Assembly: GCF_006345805.1 (NCBI RefSeq)
Contig: NC_043001.1
Coordinates: forward strand, 120,652,001 to 120,716,000
DNA length: 64,000 bases
Reading direction: 5' to 3'
Source of the DNA: Octopus sinensis
Lineage: Eukaryota
Position numbers and translations under genes: made by a program. Numbering within the stretch: the first letter of the stretch is position 1; each line of letters starts with the position of its first letter. Under the pieces are notes generated by a model that saw only the letters and a program-made list of their open reading frames with translations, was not told the DNA's origin and did no database searches. This document shows positions 25,502-38,689 of this stretch, one piece after another.

Positions 25502-25940
25502 ATTATTTAGATTGCTAACGGTTTAAAAAAAATAATTCCTCTTATGAAAATGCAAATTTTTATATTTGAAGCATAATTATATATTTAAGGTATCTTTTTC
25601 GTATTCCATTAGCAAAAACATTGTAGTTATGCATGTTTTAAACATTAATACGCTCTCTCACATACGGAAGTCTTGTTTCATCAAGCAATTTGCCATTTAT
25701 ATTCGGTTGGATGAAAACAGTGACTACAATGGAGGATAAGTAGGAAATATACCCAGACACTCGCTCTGCTTTGAAAATCAAATGATATGTTCCATGCAAA
25801 CATACGAGATATATTGAACCAAGAAGTATTAAATTAAACCTTTGATGAAGAGTATAAAATGTTTAATTATCAATTCTGACAAAGAAATTGGGAAGAAACA
25901 ACCCTGAAATTTTAATTGATGAAAAAAAATTATGAAAAAG

Positions 25941-26146
25941 GGGCAGGAGTGGCTGTGTGGTAAGTAGCTTGCTTACCAACCACATGGTTCCGGGTTCAGT
26001 CCTACTGCGTGGCACCTTTGGTAAGTGTTTTCTACTATAGCCTCGTGCCGATTAAAGCTTTGTCAGTGGATTTGGTAGACGGAAACTGAAAGAAGCCTGT
26101 CGTATATATGTATATGTATATATATGTGTGTGGGGGTGGGGGTGGG

Positions 26147-26186
<40 letters not shown>

Positions 26187-26428
26187 TGCGTGCGTGCGTG
26201 CGTGTGTGTGTGCGTTTGTGTGTCTTTGTTTGACCCCCTCCCAACATCGCTTGACAACCGATGCTGGTGTGTTTACGTCCCCGTAACTTAGCGGTTCGGC
26301 AAAGGAGACCGATAGAATAAGTACTAGGCTAACAAAGAATAAGTCCTGGGGTCGATTTGCTCGACTAAAGGTGGTGCTCCAGCATGGCCGCAGTCATATG
26401 ACTAAAAACAAGTAAAAGAGTAAAGAGT
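25941..26428 (+). mobile_element. SINE family A, full length
   Basis: Complete head, (TG)n linker and tail ending AAACAAGTAAAAGAG. Confidence 0.88.
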
Positions 26429-27389
26429 GAGCAATTCAGTAAGAAATCTGTTTGATCTATGTAATTTAATAAATGTCGTCAATGAAGTAGAGTCTTTAGA
26501 CTGCTGCCAGACAGATATGGTCTACGTGCGACTTCTTGTACTCCGACAGCATTTTCGATCGCGCTCGACTTTGGACTACTTTCTCGTTTGTCGTGCCCAC
26601 GCTTTCGTTTTGCGTCCGATTTTCCTTCGTTGTGCTTTTCACCATGCGCTACAGAGCCATAGCTTTGTGAATATTTTGTTCTAACCAGTTCTAATATTGC
26701 ATGTAATGACAAGGCGGTAAGCTAGCAGAATCGTTATTACACCAGGCAAAACGTCCGTCTTCATGTTCTGTGTTTAAATTCCGTTGAGGTCATCCTTTCA
26801 GGGTTGATAAAATAAGTACCAGTTACCTCTCCCCTGAAATTGCAGACCTTGGACCGAAATTTGAAACCAATATTACATGTAATGACACCACTGACCTTAA
26901 AATATATAAGGAGCACTGGCAAAACTGAATTCGCCAGTGTAGAGTGCTCACTATCCCTTATATTATGAGTTGAATAAAGAAATTAATGAATGGATGAATA
27001 TTCTCGTCCTTAAAGACGTGTATAGAGGGTCTCAGACACAAGCCATTCGTTGCATCTCATACTGTTTTGGAGGTTATTAAGGGAGGGTAGGCCTTGAGTT
27101 CTCTTCCGAATAATTTAACTCTCAGGGTAGACTCCTTTGGCTTTTGCATTTTGATCAAACGCTCACAAACAGCGAGGGTTTGTGTGCGATGTTGTTCTCT
27201 TATTTTGGCTGCCTTTCAACGCTGAGGAGCTTCAACCAATTATACTACAGGTGTAGCTGTGGACACATTAGAGCCTTCTTCTAGACACATACTTTTACAA
27301 AAGCTAAGGAGGTACCTCATTCCCGGCAGTGTTTCAACATGCTGGACATTAACCCGGAATTTTTAAGTTCCTGCACAATACAGACCAGT

Positions 27390-27983
27390 CTAGAATTTAT
27401 ATGGAAATATAAAAATACACTTCAAAAGTGGAAAAACGTCCCGGGAAGATGATGAGCGATCTGGAAGACCTGGCACTAGAGTCACTTCCGGAAATGTGGT
27501 ATTGTGCATCAAGAATTCCTTCTCCGGGGCCAGACCGTCAATCGAGAGTTCTAGTGCAACGCTTTGAAGTGGTTGAGGGAGGACATTCGGCGAAAGCGAC
27601 CGGACCTTTGGAGCGTGATGAATTAGATTCTTTCCAGAGCTCTCTTCACTCGTGAGTTTCTCGCCAAAAGTACAATGGTGTCGCTTCCGCACCCACCCTA
27701 TTCGCCAGATTCAGCACTTGCAGACTTCCCCAAGATGAAAAGGCAGCTCAAAGGTCGCCGTTTTAACACGGTTGTCGAGATCCAGAGCAAATCGCAGAAA
27801 GTTCTCGACTCGCTTGCGGGAAACGACTTCCAGGCCGGATTCCAAAAGTGGCAGGAACGCTGGAACCGATGTATTGCTGCGCAGGGTGACTATTTCGAAG
27901 GAGATGAAGTTTAAAATTAGGTAAATAAGTTATTTTTTTTTTATTATACATAACTAGTCCTGAAATCGTTTGATACAACCTCG
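27390..27983 (+). mobile_element. Internally deleted mariner remnant (right TIR retained)
   Basis: EDDERSGRP-like start, then HPPYSPDSALADF..KRQLKGRRF..WQERWNRCIAAQGDYFE; right end TGATACAACCTCG|TA. Confidence 0.8.
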
Positions 27984-28423
27984 TATATCGTATATACCCA
28001 CACGTGTATGTGTGTGTGTGCATGTGTGTGTGAGTGCCAGCATAGACAAGGCTCTCTTGCTGGAACTAGCTAAAGGAAATATGAGTGTGTGTAACGGATA
28101 TATATGTATACGGCTAGTGCTATTAAAATGTCTTTCTATTTGTCCATCTACTTTTCTGTTTATTAATGTCAATATTTCTTAGCCTTTCTCTAACACATTA
28201 TACTTGTTTCTCATTAATATTTTATTTTATTTTTTTGCTATTTATGGGAAAGGGAAAGATTCTGTGTTTGTAGCATCATCTTATATATTAATGTGCATCC
28301 ATATATTGATATTTTTCCAACTCCGTAAATACACATAATTGTATAGCTGTCTGGTTTAAAGTACAAATTTAATTTTAGATATAAAAGAAAATTTTCACTA
28401 CCATCATCATTATCACCATCATC

Positions 28424-28455
<32 letters not shown>

Positions 28456-28835
28456 CATCGCCATCATCATCGAAAGAAAATGCCCTGTGATATTCCCTCC
28501 AGCTCTTTGCGTTCGTCGTTTAAAGACAACGAGATTTGTTGTAACTGCCTTTCCCCCTCCGTCTAAATCAATGAAAAAATATAGAATAAATTTAAAATAT
28601 AATTTAGTGACGTAAATGGAATAACCGTTCGCAACCGAAACTGTCACGAAATCAGTTTAAGAACATTTTCGTATTACTTTAAGTTATCTGCTACAATAGT
28701 TACACATATGGGCTTCTTAAACAGACAATGATCCTTCGATTTATTGGTCTTATGGTTTCACCCAAGTCTTCTCCTGGAGCTACCATTTAGAAGTCATTTT
28801 GTTGGTTATTATAATGTTGATGTATTGTATGACTA

Positions 28836-29156
28836 GAAGGCGCGTGGCTTAGTGATTAGAGTATTCAGCTCAAGGTTGTAAGGTCGTGAGTTCAATTCCT
28901 GGCGACTCGTTCTGCCCTTGAGCAAGATATTTTATTTCACGTTGCTCCAGTTCATTCATCTTACGAAAATGAATAGTACCTGTGTTTCAAAGGGCCAGCC
29001 TTATCAAATTCTATATCACGCTGAATCTCCATGAGAGCTACGTTAAGGGTACATGTGTCTGTGGAGTGCTCAGCCACTTGCACGTTAATTTCACGAGCAG
29101 GCTGTTCCGTTGATCGAATCAACTGGAACCCTCGTCTTCGTAACCGACGGAGTGTC
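28836..29156 (+). mobile_element. SINE family C, full length, tail-to-tail with a family A copy
   Basis: Head GGCGCGTGGCTTAGTG.TTAG..GTGAGTTCAATTCC; body matches 8105-8487. Related heads at 62240-62458(-) and 32380-32630(-). Confidence 0.82.
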
Positions 29157-29400
29157 TTTTACTTGCTTCAGTCATTTTGACTGTGGCCATGCTGGAGCAC
29201 CGCCTTTAGTCTACCAAATCGACCCCAGGACTTATTCTTTGTAAACCTAGTACTTATTCTATCAGTCTCTTTTGCCGAACCGCTAAGTTGCGGGGACGTA
29301 AACACACTAGCATCGGTTGTCAAGCGATGCTGGAGGGACAAACACAGATACACAAATACACACATACACACGCGCGCGCGCGCACGCACACACACACGCA

Positions 29401-29470
<70 letters not shown>

Positions 29471-29643
29471 CAAATATATACGACGAGCTTCTTTCAGTTT
29501 CCGTCTATCAAATCCACTGAGAAGGGTTTGGTCGGCCCGAGGCTATAGTAGAAGATACTTGCCCAATGTGCCACGCGGTGGGACTGAACCCAGAGCCATG
29601 TGGCTGGTAAGCAAGCTACTTACTACACAGCCACTCCTACGCC
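29157..29643 (-). mobile_element. SINE family A, full length
   Basis: Reverse-complement match to 25941-26428. Confidence 0.88.
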
Positions 29644-29671
29644 TATAAAAGTATTGCAAGAAAAATGTTAT

Positions 29672-29758
29672 CGCCCGCAGAGGGACTTGAACCCGCGACC
29701 TTCAGATTTCATCACTCGACAGTACATTAAAGTCTGATGCTCTACTGACTGAACTATG
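29672..29758 (-). pseudogene. Intron-containing tRNA-Lys-like pseudogene (anticodon reads TTA; 5' acceptor strand lost)
   Basis: Minus: CATAGTTCAGTCAGTAGAGCATCAGA-CT-TTA-A-[TGTACTGTCGAGTGATGAA]-A-TCTGAAGGTCGCGGGTTCAAGTCCCTCTGCGGGCG. Collinear with 30938-31010 except for a 19-nt insert after position 37. Confidence 0.75.
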
Positions 29759-30521
29759 TATACGTGTGAGGGTGTCTCTTTGTGTTTGTGCGTGTTCCTG
29801 TAACCTAGCGGTGTGGGAAAATGACCGATAGAATAAGTAGCAAACACATAAGTACTGGGATCGATGACTAAAACAAATAAAAATAACCCTGTTTTACTGG
29901 GACCCCGAGATTGATGGTGGAAGGGAGGTAGTTATACTCATACCAAGAGACTTAATCCTTTCGACAGAATGGACTTCCAGGGACCAGGTAGTAGTGTTAA
30001 GTTTACCAAAGTAAAAAAAAAAGGTAATCTCTGCGGCAGGCTGTCACACAGATTACAGTCGCAAAACTTTGGGTTTCTTACGATTATGGTAGAAAACACT
30101 TGCCAAAAATGGAATTGGAATGGAAACGCGAAGTTGCCAAGTCGGCTTCTCAAACACGCAGCCATTGCTTGCGCCGTCGAAATTGATTCGCTTCTGCGAC
30201 ATTAATAACTGCTTTGACGTCCTCGGGCGCCGTCATTCGGCTTTGCAAATTGCTGATCACTCACAACTCACAGCAGCTGACATATTGGCTGAACTCTAAT
30301 AAAGATTTTTAATTGCAATAGCAACCGACAGTTCTGTGATATTATTGCAATCAAATGTCTACTCTTTACAACATCTTTTTACTGTTCTACATCTGTCCTT
30401 CCTTCACTCAGTTCAGACTATACAAATGGGAATATACGTACACGCACGCACGCTCTCGTATGCACTATATTCACAAATACACGAACGCATACAGACATAC
30501 ATACATACATACATACATACA

Positions 30522-30555
<34 letters not shown>

Positions 30556-30937
30556 CAACATACATACATACATACATACATACATACATACATACATACA
30601 TACACGTGTGTGCGCGCATGTGTGTGTATACATATATGTACGTATAAGTATATATGTATGTATATGTAAGTGTGAATCACTCCACGACAAAGTAATTTGT
30701 TAATAGTGCTCTTATGTAATCAGTATTTTTGCCGTACTGATTTTTTAAAAGTTTTTTTTTTCCTTTTTTTTATTTGTTATTTTTTCTTTGACAAGGTAAT
30801 TTATTACAGAGAGGAAGAATGAAATGAAATTTGTATCATTCGTATACATGGTGAACTGCTACCAACTAAGAACAGAAACAAATTCACTCGTGAGGAACTC
30901 ACCTTGCATTTTTTTCAACGTATTCCTGTAAATTTTC

Positions 30938-31010
30938 AACCGCATAGCTCAGTCGGTAGAGCATCAGACTTTTAATCTGAGGGTCGCGGGTTCAAGTCCC
31001 TCTGCGGGCG
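30938..31010 (+). tRNA. tRNA-Lys(TTT), probably a pseudogene (two acceptor-stem mismatches)
   Basis: AACCGCATAGCTCAGTCGGTAGAGCATCAGACTTTTAATCTGAGGGTCGCGGGTTCAAGTCCCTCTGCGGGCG, 73 nt. D, anticodon and T arms are intact; positions 1-2 (AA) cannot pair with 71-72 (GC). Confidence 0.8.
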
Positions 31011-31223
31011 ATGCAATACTTTTAATGGCTGTGCCCCAGCATGGCCACAGCTCGTGAGCTGAAACTAGATAAAATAAAAAAAAGGAATGGGATGTTGTGA
31101 CATACATTATTTTCCATAATATATCAAAGATAAACGAAAATAAATCGTTCGTCGGATAATCGTCTTGTCTTAAAAATGAGAACACATTTTATATTACAGC
31201 TCTGAAGACACTATGCCTGAAAT

Positions 31224-31425
31224 AAAAAGGCCCTAATAATTTGATCATGAAAAGGCCCTAATAATTTGATCATAAAAAGGCCCTAATAATTTGATCATGA
31301 AATGGCCCTAATAATTTGATCATAAAAAGGCCCTAATAATTTGATCATGAAAAGGCCCTAATAATTTGATCATAAAAGGGCCCTAATAATTTGATCATGA
31401 AAAGGCCCTAATAATTTGATCATGA
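31224..31425. repeat. 25-bp minisatellite x8 with alternating variants (50-bp higher order)
   Basis: AAAGGCCCTAATAATTTGATCAT(G/A)A; GGCCCT recurs every 25 bp from ~31229 to ~31404. Confidence 0.95.
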
Positions 31426-31609
31426 ATACTGTATATGTTTTGATTATTTCCCATCACTACGTAATTATTTCTAGTCAGCTATCTCACGCTTACTCTCTAT
31501 TAGATATTTAACCACTAACTCAGCTATTGCTTGCAATAGTGATCTTTACCCTGCGCTCTTAAGCGAACGCATGGTCTTGTAATCACTCGTCTGTTTTTTG
31601 TGTTTTTTT

Positions 31610-32228
31610 AAATTGAACTTACAACTTTTCCGATAAACAATTGGTCATATTATTCTGTTCACTTTCTTTCTCATATGATTAGACCCCTCGTTTGCGTGTG
31701 TACTTATGCACGTAGATACATGTGGGTACAAACATACCTAAATAGATATGCGACTCTGTGTGGGCGTGCGGATGTGTGAGTGAGTGCGTGCTTGCGTGTG
31801 TGTGGTGTGTGTGTGTGTGTGTGGTGCGTGTGTGTGTTTTTATATGTGTGTGTGGCGTGTGTGTGCGTGTGTATGTGTGTGTGTGTACAGTGATGGATTC
31901 GGGGGTTTCGTTTATTTACGTCCTGATTTCTTAACTTCACAGGAGTATAAATACCTATAATGGTGATACTAAAAACTAAATAAATAATAAATAATTAAAA
32001 ATCGAACTTACAAATTTCCCGATAAGCAAGTTGTCACATTATTTTATTCACTTTCTTTTTCAGAGGAATCGACCCTCGTTTGCGTGTGTATAGATCATGG
32101 TGCACTTAAGCGCACAGACACGTGTGGGTGTATATGTGTGTGTGTGTAGTGATGGATTCGAGGGTTTCGTATATTTTCGAGTTGATTTCTTAATTTCACT
32201 GGAGTATAAATACCTATAATGGTGATCA
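31610..32228. repeat. Diverged direct duplication (31610-31968 vs 31998-32228)
   Basis: Both start with GAACTTACAA..TT.CCGATAA.CAA and end with GGAGTATAAATACCTATAATGGTGAT; the internal (TG) tract differs in length. Confidence 0.75.
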
Positions 32229-34288
32229 TTAAAAATGTTTTGAAAAAAATTAATTTAATTCAGTTGAAAAGCATGGGTAAGAAACGCATTGTAAGCTATA
32301 CTATGATATTTGTACATGTATATGTATATATTTATATGACGGACTCTCTCGTCGAAGACAACGTATGAGCATTCAGCCTCTGCCAATCGACCTGCATAAA
32401 TGATTTGTTTAAAGTGATCAAATGTTCGTGCCGCATATTAGCTCAATCTCTCTATCAAATCGACATTATCTGAAGAGGTGTACTGTGTACCTACCACACG
32501 TCAGGTGCTGAAGTGAGCGCCGAGCAACGTGAGATGAAGTGTTTTGCTCAAGAACAGAGCGCACCACAGTGTCTAGGATTTGAAATCACGATCTAGTGAT
32601 CGTGAGTGCAGCACCCTAATCACAAGGCCATGCACCCTCACATATGTATATATACATACGTATGCATATATATGTGTGTGTGTGTGTGTGTACGTACACA
32701 CACACTCACACATTTATGTATATCTATATATACTTGTATAGTACATCAATTTCTTTTAGCTAAACCGAAAGACAGCTATGTTCATTATAACATGTTGAAC
32801 TGCACTTTTAAACTTTCCCAAAGACCAAGCAATTAAGTATATATATATATATACATGCATGTTTTCATATATGTATGTATGAATGAATGGCAAATTTGAC
32901 CCTGATAGAATTTAGATTAAGAATGTAAAACGACGAAATGAAATTCTTCATAGTGTTGTAACCGTTTCTGCCTCACTCATAATATTAAGGGCAACTTGCT
33001 TACATATGTTTGTAATAATTCTTTCTTTCTACAACAGGCACAAACCCGGAAATTTTGGGGCAAGTGGGGGGGGGCTTGTCGATTACACCGACCCAGTACT
33101 CAATAAGTACTTATTTTGTAGACACCCAGACAGGATAAAAGGCAAAGTCGTCCTTGGTGGAATTTGAACTTAGAGGATAAAGTCGGAAGAAATACCGTGA
33201 AGAATTTTGCCCGGTACGCTAACGATTCTGCCAGCTCACTACCTGCAATATTTGTAATAATGTACAATCATTTGTAAGACTGTACTTTGGCAGAGTTATT
33301 AGAGTGACGGATGAAATATCTCTTCGGGGCTCTCTGCACATTGATTTGAAATCCCACCTGTGTCACCTTCACCATTCATCCTTTCCGAAGTTGATTTTTG
33401 AAATGCTGTACTTGTACTGATACAATACTTTCTCTCTGTAACTCTCATGCTCTGGATGTTCTGCTTCGTCAAAGGTGAAATAGCCAGGAACGTTTCTATG
33501 TCTACTCGCGATTACGTGAGCTCCTAAATACAATTAGCGAAAATATGGTACACCCTACCAAATCATGCGAGCGATAACCGTACTTTTAATTTACAATCAT
33601 TTGTATTGATTGTTTCTTTGTGTATGTGGTCAGTTGAAGTACTTATTCATGTTTTTAATACATATAAGACACATCATTGTCGTCGTTGTCCCCATCATTA
33701 TCAGCATTATGTATAATAGTCATAATGTATAATAAACGACAGTTGGATGACTTGGAAACATAATGACTAATTATTTTCAGTTTCATTAAAATAATATATA
33801 TTAAAATATTTTCTCTATTTGCTTTCAGTTCGGTGATTATTTATATTTATCAAAACAAAGAGGGTTGTTGATAAATAATGACAATGTGGAAATGAATTCA
33901 GAGTAAGCTGATTCAATATTCATTCTATTCTCTAAATAGCAGGAAGTTCATTCAAGACTTTGATAGAACACTTTGTAACTGTTATTTAATTTAATGCTTT
34001 CCATTATTATATTTAACTTTCTTGAGAATAAGCTGTGGACCAAAAACATCAGACATCACTCCTGGAAAGAAAAAACTTGGTTTCACAGAATCGTTAAAGC
34101 ATCAGACAAAATGTCTTGTGTATTGAGTTACGACGTCCGAAGTTCAAATCTCGCAGTCATTGATTCTACCTTTAATTTTCCCCAGGACCGACAAAATAAA
34201 CAAAGTATTACATGCAGTATCGTTCACTGCTCTTAGCAACACTGGAATTTACGCGTAGGTTGCTGGCTTGTAGAATCGATTTAAAGTA

Positions 34289-35145
34289 TTAGGTTGTCAA
34301 GAAAGTTCTTGCGGTTTTTAACCTTTGAATTTAGATGCACATATCTCGGCTCAAACAAAACTTTATTAATCGAAATAAACACCATCAGAATCAACACATT
34401 TTGCCAACGCAAAACAAGTTTATTTATGCCGGTAGCGTACAAGTCCTGCGTTCTGGTGGCGATGAAGTCGTTGAATGCTGTTTGGCATCGTCTTGGTTTT
34501 TGAAGCATTTCTCACGCAGGAACTTGTCGAGATGCTTGAAAAAGTGGAAGTCGTTAGGCGAGGGGTCTGGTGAGTATGGCGGATGAGGCACAGTTTTGTA
34601 GCCCAATTCATTCAACTTCTGCAGGGTCAGTTGTGCGATTTGCGGTCGAGCGTTGTCGTGGAGAAGAATTGGTCTTTTTCTATTGACCAATGCATTTCAT
34701 CCATTTGCTGACAGTACTTCTCCGCCGTAATGGTTTCGCCTGGATACAAAAAGCTGTAATGGATGAGACCGGCCGAATACCACCAAAGTCACAATGACCT
34801 TCTTCTGGTGCAACTTTGGCTTCGGGAAGCGCTGTGGAGCTTCGTCGGCGTCCAACCACTGAGCTGAGCTGGTTGTCGTAAAGAATCCATTTTTCATGGC
34901 AAGTCACAATCCGGTCGAGAAACGGGTCGTTCTTGTTGCGTAAAAGAAGGGAAGACGACACTTCAAAATGTTCCGGAAAAAATGGCCTAATTATTCAAAA
35001 AGAAAAAGATAACACGATTAGATAGGGCGAAAAACGGGCTTTAAAATGATATATAAAGACAAAGTAATTTAACGAAAATTAATTTGAAAATACATCGTTT
35101 AAAACCAAAATTTAAAATTCCACAAGAACTTTCTTGACAACCTAA
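34289..35145 (-). mobile_element. Internally deleted mariner (857 bp) with perfect 23-bp TIRs and TA duplication
   Basis: TA|TTAGGTTGTCAAGAAAGTTCTTG ... CAAGAACTTTCTTGACAACCTAA|TA. Minus frames give FLDRIVTCHEKWILYDN, LLHDNARP and HPPYSPD; the N-terminal HTH region is deleted. Confidence 0.92.
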
Positions 35146-35684
35146 TAATTATAAGGCAAAGTCTATCTATTTTAGACTACCGTCATAGCCAGTGGGATAA
35201 GAATGCATTTCTTACCGACACAGTGGGGATCGATATGACCAATTATATTCTTTCGATATTTCTCACCATGTCCCAATGTAATATTTCAATATGTACATGG
35301 TTTCCTCACTTTTGCTTCTGTACAATTCTTGACTGAATTTCAGAAAACAGGAAAGAACTCGCCAAATAAAGTAAACACAGCTGCAAGTTATAAAAATCAC
35401 AGTCAAAATATGTAAAACATTCAAGTGGTTGAAAGTGTTAATACGATTCCCTTACGCACTACGCAATATCCTTTATGGCTGCACCCAGGCGTTCTTGTAC
35501 ATGTGTTCCTGTACTTACAAGATAACTCTGCCAGTGTTCTCTAAATTCCAGTGAAAGAGTCATGTTTCTGGGCTAAAACCGGCTCTTTCTTCATTGATTC
35601 AGTATATACACACATATATAGATACATGCATGCTTATACATAACACAAACACACACACACACACACATACATATACATATATAC

Positions 35685-35715
<31 letters not shown>

Positions 35716-35808
35716 CATGCATACATACATACATACATACATATGTGTATGCGCGCGTATGTATGTGTGTATGGGTATATATATATATGTATATATATAT
35801 GTGTGTGT

Positions 35809-35845
<37 letters not shown>

Positions 35846-36044
35846 ATGAGTGTGTGTAGTTGTAGTCAGCAAAAATTTGACTAACGTTCTGGATGCGCTG
35901 AGACTGAACCCGGAACCACGTGCTTGTAAAGGAAACTTCTTAACCACATAACCCTCTCTACAGCAGTTCATTTATTTACTTGTTCATTCATTATCTTCAT
36001 CATCATCATCATCATCACCATCATCACCATCCTCATCATCATCA

Positions 36045-36103
<59 letters not shown>

Positions 36104-36122
36104 ATTATCATTATTATTATTA

Positions 36123-36173
<51 letters not shown>

Positions 36174-36469
36174 GATACTGTAAGAATCACTAAGTAGTCG
36201 TATTTCAACATCTGAACACATCTGTGTCGGCTTTACGTTACATCATCAGCGCGACGGTCGTCGGTAAACTGAGCTGTTTACCTACGTCATCACTTCGCTA
36301 ATCCTGTCATTCGATGATAAAATCCAATACTTGTTCTGAAATAGATGTCATTCCGAACTCTTTTATGCTTTACTTCTTCCTTTTTCTTTTTGTCTTTTAT
36401 TTTTTTCCTAATTTCACAAAATCTATACAGATTCAACTATCCGAAGGTCTTACACACACACACAAAGTC

Positions 36470-36537
<68 letters not shown>

Positions 36538-36637
36538 TTCACACACACACTCATACATAATTATATGTACATATATATATACATATATACATATATATAC
36601 ATACAAATACATATATATACATATATATATATATATG

Positions 36638-36677
<40 letters not shown>

Positions 36678-36809
36678 TGCGTATGTGTGTATGCTTAATA
36701 TATAATATAACACACATACCACACACACATTATCGATATATATGCATATTATGTCTATGCATATGCATGTATGTCTGTGTGTGTGAGTATATAGATATAC
36801 ACATATGTG

Positions 36810-36841
<32 letters not shown>

Positions 36842-36879
36842 CTATATATATATATGCCATAGTAGTTACCATAGTTGCC

Positions 36880-37742
36880 AGCCATAGTAACGAAGCTAAA
36901 GCACACAGAGTGAAGCTGCTTCGTACAGATTGACCTTGAACTCTGCTGTGCATGTACACTAAGTTTTAACGTTCTAGCTCACTTCCCCCGTTTATAGCAG
37001 TGCTTGGAAGGAAGATGTGTAGCATGTGATCGTCGCATTGACCATGTCAGAGAAAGTTACCCGGGAATCTGGATCACATTTTGCCAAAAGCTTGGCGATA
37101 CCTGCTCAGAGGCCTATGCAAAGCTTTCAAAAAGTTTTCATCGATTTCGACACGATGGAGGCGAACTTGTGCAACTGAAGCCCGGGTGTCTTTTTCACCA
37201 GCTGAAAGCAGTTTGGGCACAAACTTGAAAGACACGCGTCTCATACCCAAATCTTCAGTGGTAATGGACTGAACTGAACTGCAACTAATCTACACATCCT
37301 CTGATAAATCACGGCTGGTAATTCGACGATTTTGCCTCACAGCTATACGCACTTCTGCCATGTTTACCACAGTTCTGTTGGTTGCGGGTCTCCTAGAACG
37401 TTCGTCGATATCGACATTTTCCGCCATCTTAGAAACGTCTGAACCACTTCTACATTTGTGTGCGACTCATGCACACCTCCCCATATGCTTTCTGCCACTT
37501 TGCGTAGGCCTCTGAGCAGGTATTTCCATGACCGCTTTCTCTGCTATGGTCAATGCATCGATCACACGCTACGTACCTTCCTTCCAAGTACTGCTGTAAA
37601 GAACAGAAGTGAGTTAGACTGTTAAAACTTAGTGGGAATACACAGCAGAGATCAAGGTCAGTCTTTGCCCACCAGTTTCACTCTACATCTTTTAGCTTCG
37701 TTACTATGGCAACAGTGCGGATACTTATTGATCAGACCTTGT
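36880..37742. mobile_element. Rearranged mariner derivative: two convergent 5' ends
   Basis: GCCATAGTAACGAAGCTAAA at 36881(+) has its reverse complement at ~37692-37711. Both arms encode a mariner N-terminus (FCQKLGDTCSEAYAK-like). Right end reads CGGATACTTATTGATCAGACCTTG|TA. Confidence 0.75.
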
Positions 37743-37866
37743 ATATATATACATATATATATAAGGATATAGATATAGATATGTGTGTGTGTGTGTCTAT
37801 ATACATACATATATATATGGATATAGATATATGTGTGTCTGTGTCTATATATAATATATATATATA

Positions 37867-37940
<74 letters not shown>

Positions 37941-38038
37941 ATATAGATATAGGTATATGTATGTGTGTGTCTATATATATAATATACATATATACATATA
38001 TATACAAACACGCGCACGCACACACACACACATACAAA

Positions 38039-38126
<88 letters not shown>

Positions 38127-38574
38127 ATTCTGCTTTGTCGCTTGTTTCCATTTGGATATCGAAGTGATACCGTGGTACAGATTTAATCACACGACAGAGA
38201 TATAATTATCTATAGAAAGGCATGCACAATCGATTCACTTTCTTGTCATCATCTGGCAAATACCAAACCACGCATATGTACGTTTGTCTTTGTATGTTTG
38301 TATTGTGTGTGTGTGTGCGAGTGTGTGCGTGTGAGTGAGTGTGTGTGTATGTGTGTGTATGTCTCTGTGTATGTGTCTGTGTATGTGCATGCGTGTACAT
38401 ACATAAATATATGTACATATATGTGTGCATACATATTTATATATAAATGTGTGTGTATATATAGATAGATGGATAGATGGATGGATAGATATACATATAT
38501 ATATATTTGTATATATTTACGTATGTATTATGTTTATATATATATATATTATATATATATATATATATATATTA

Positions 38575-38613
<39 letters not shown>

Positions 38614-38689
38614 TAGATATGTTTCGACCCAAAGATTGGTCCAGGCCATGTCTAACTTAATAGCACCACCTGATAGGATTATTCGAATC

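Noticed and set aside
29672-29758. Functional ochre-suppressor tRNA
   Set aside because: The 5' acceptor strand is missing and the D arm has substitutions; it cannot fold as a complete tRNA.
31224-31425. CRISPR-like appearance of the 25-bp repeat
   Set aside because: Units are contiguous with no unique spacers, no cas genes, and the context is eukaryotic.
36195-36255. CTGATGA..GAAA on the minus strand
   Set aside because: No helix I or III and no UH site in the required position; chance match next to simple repeats.
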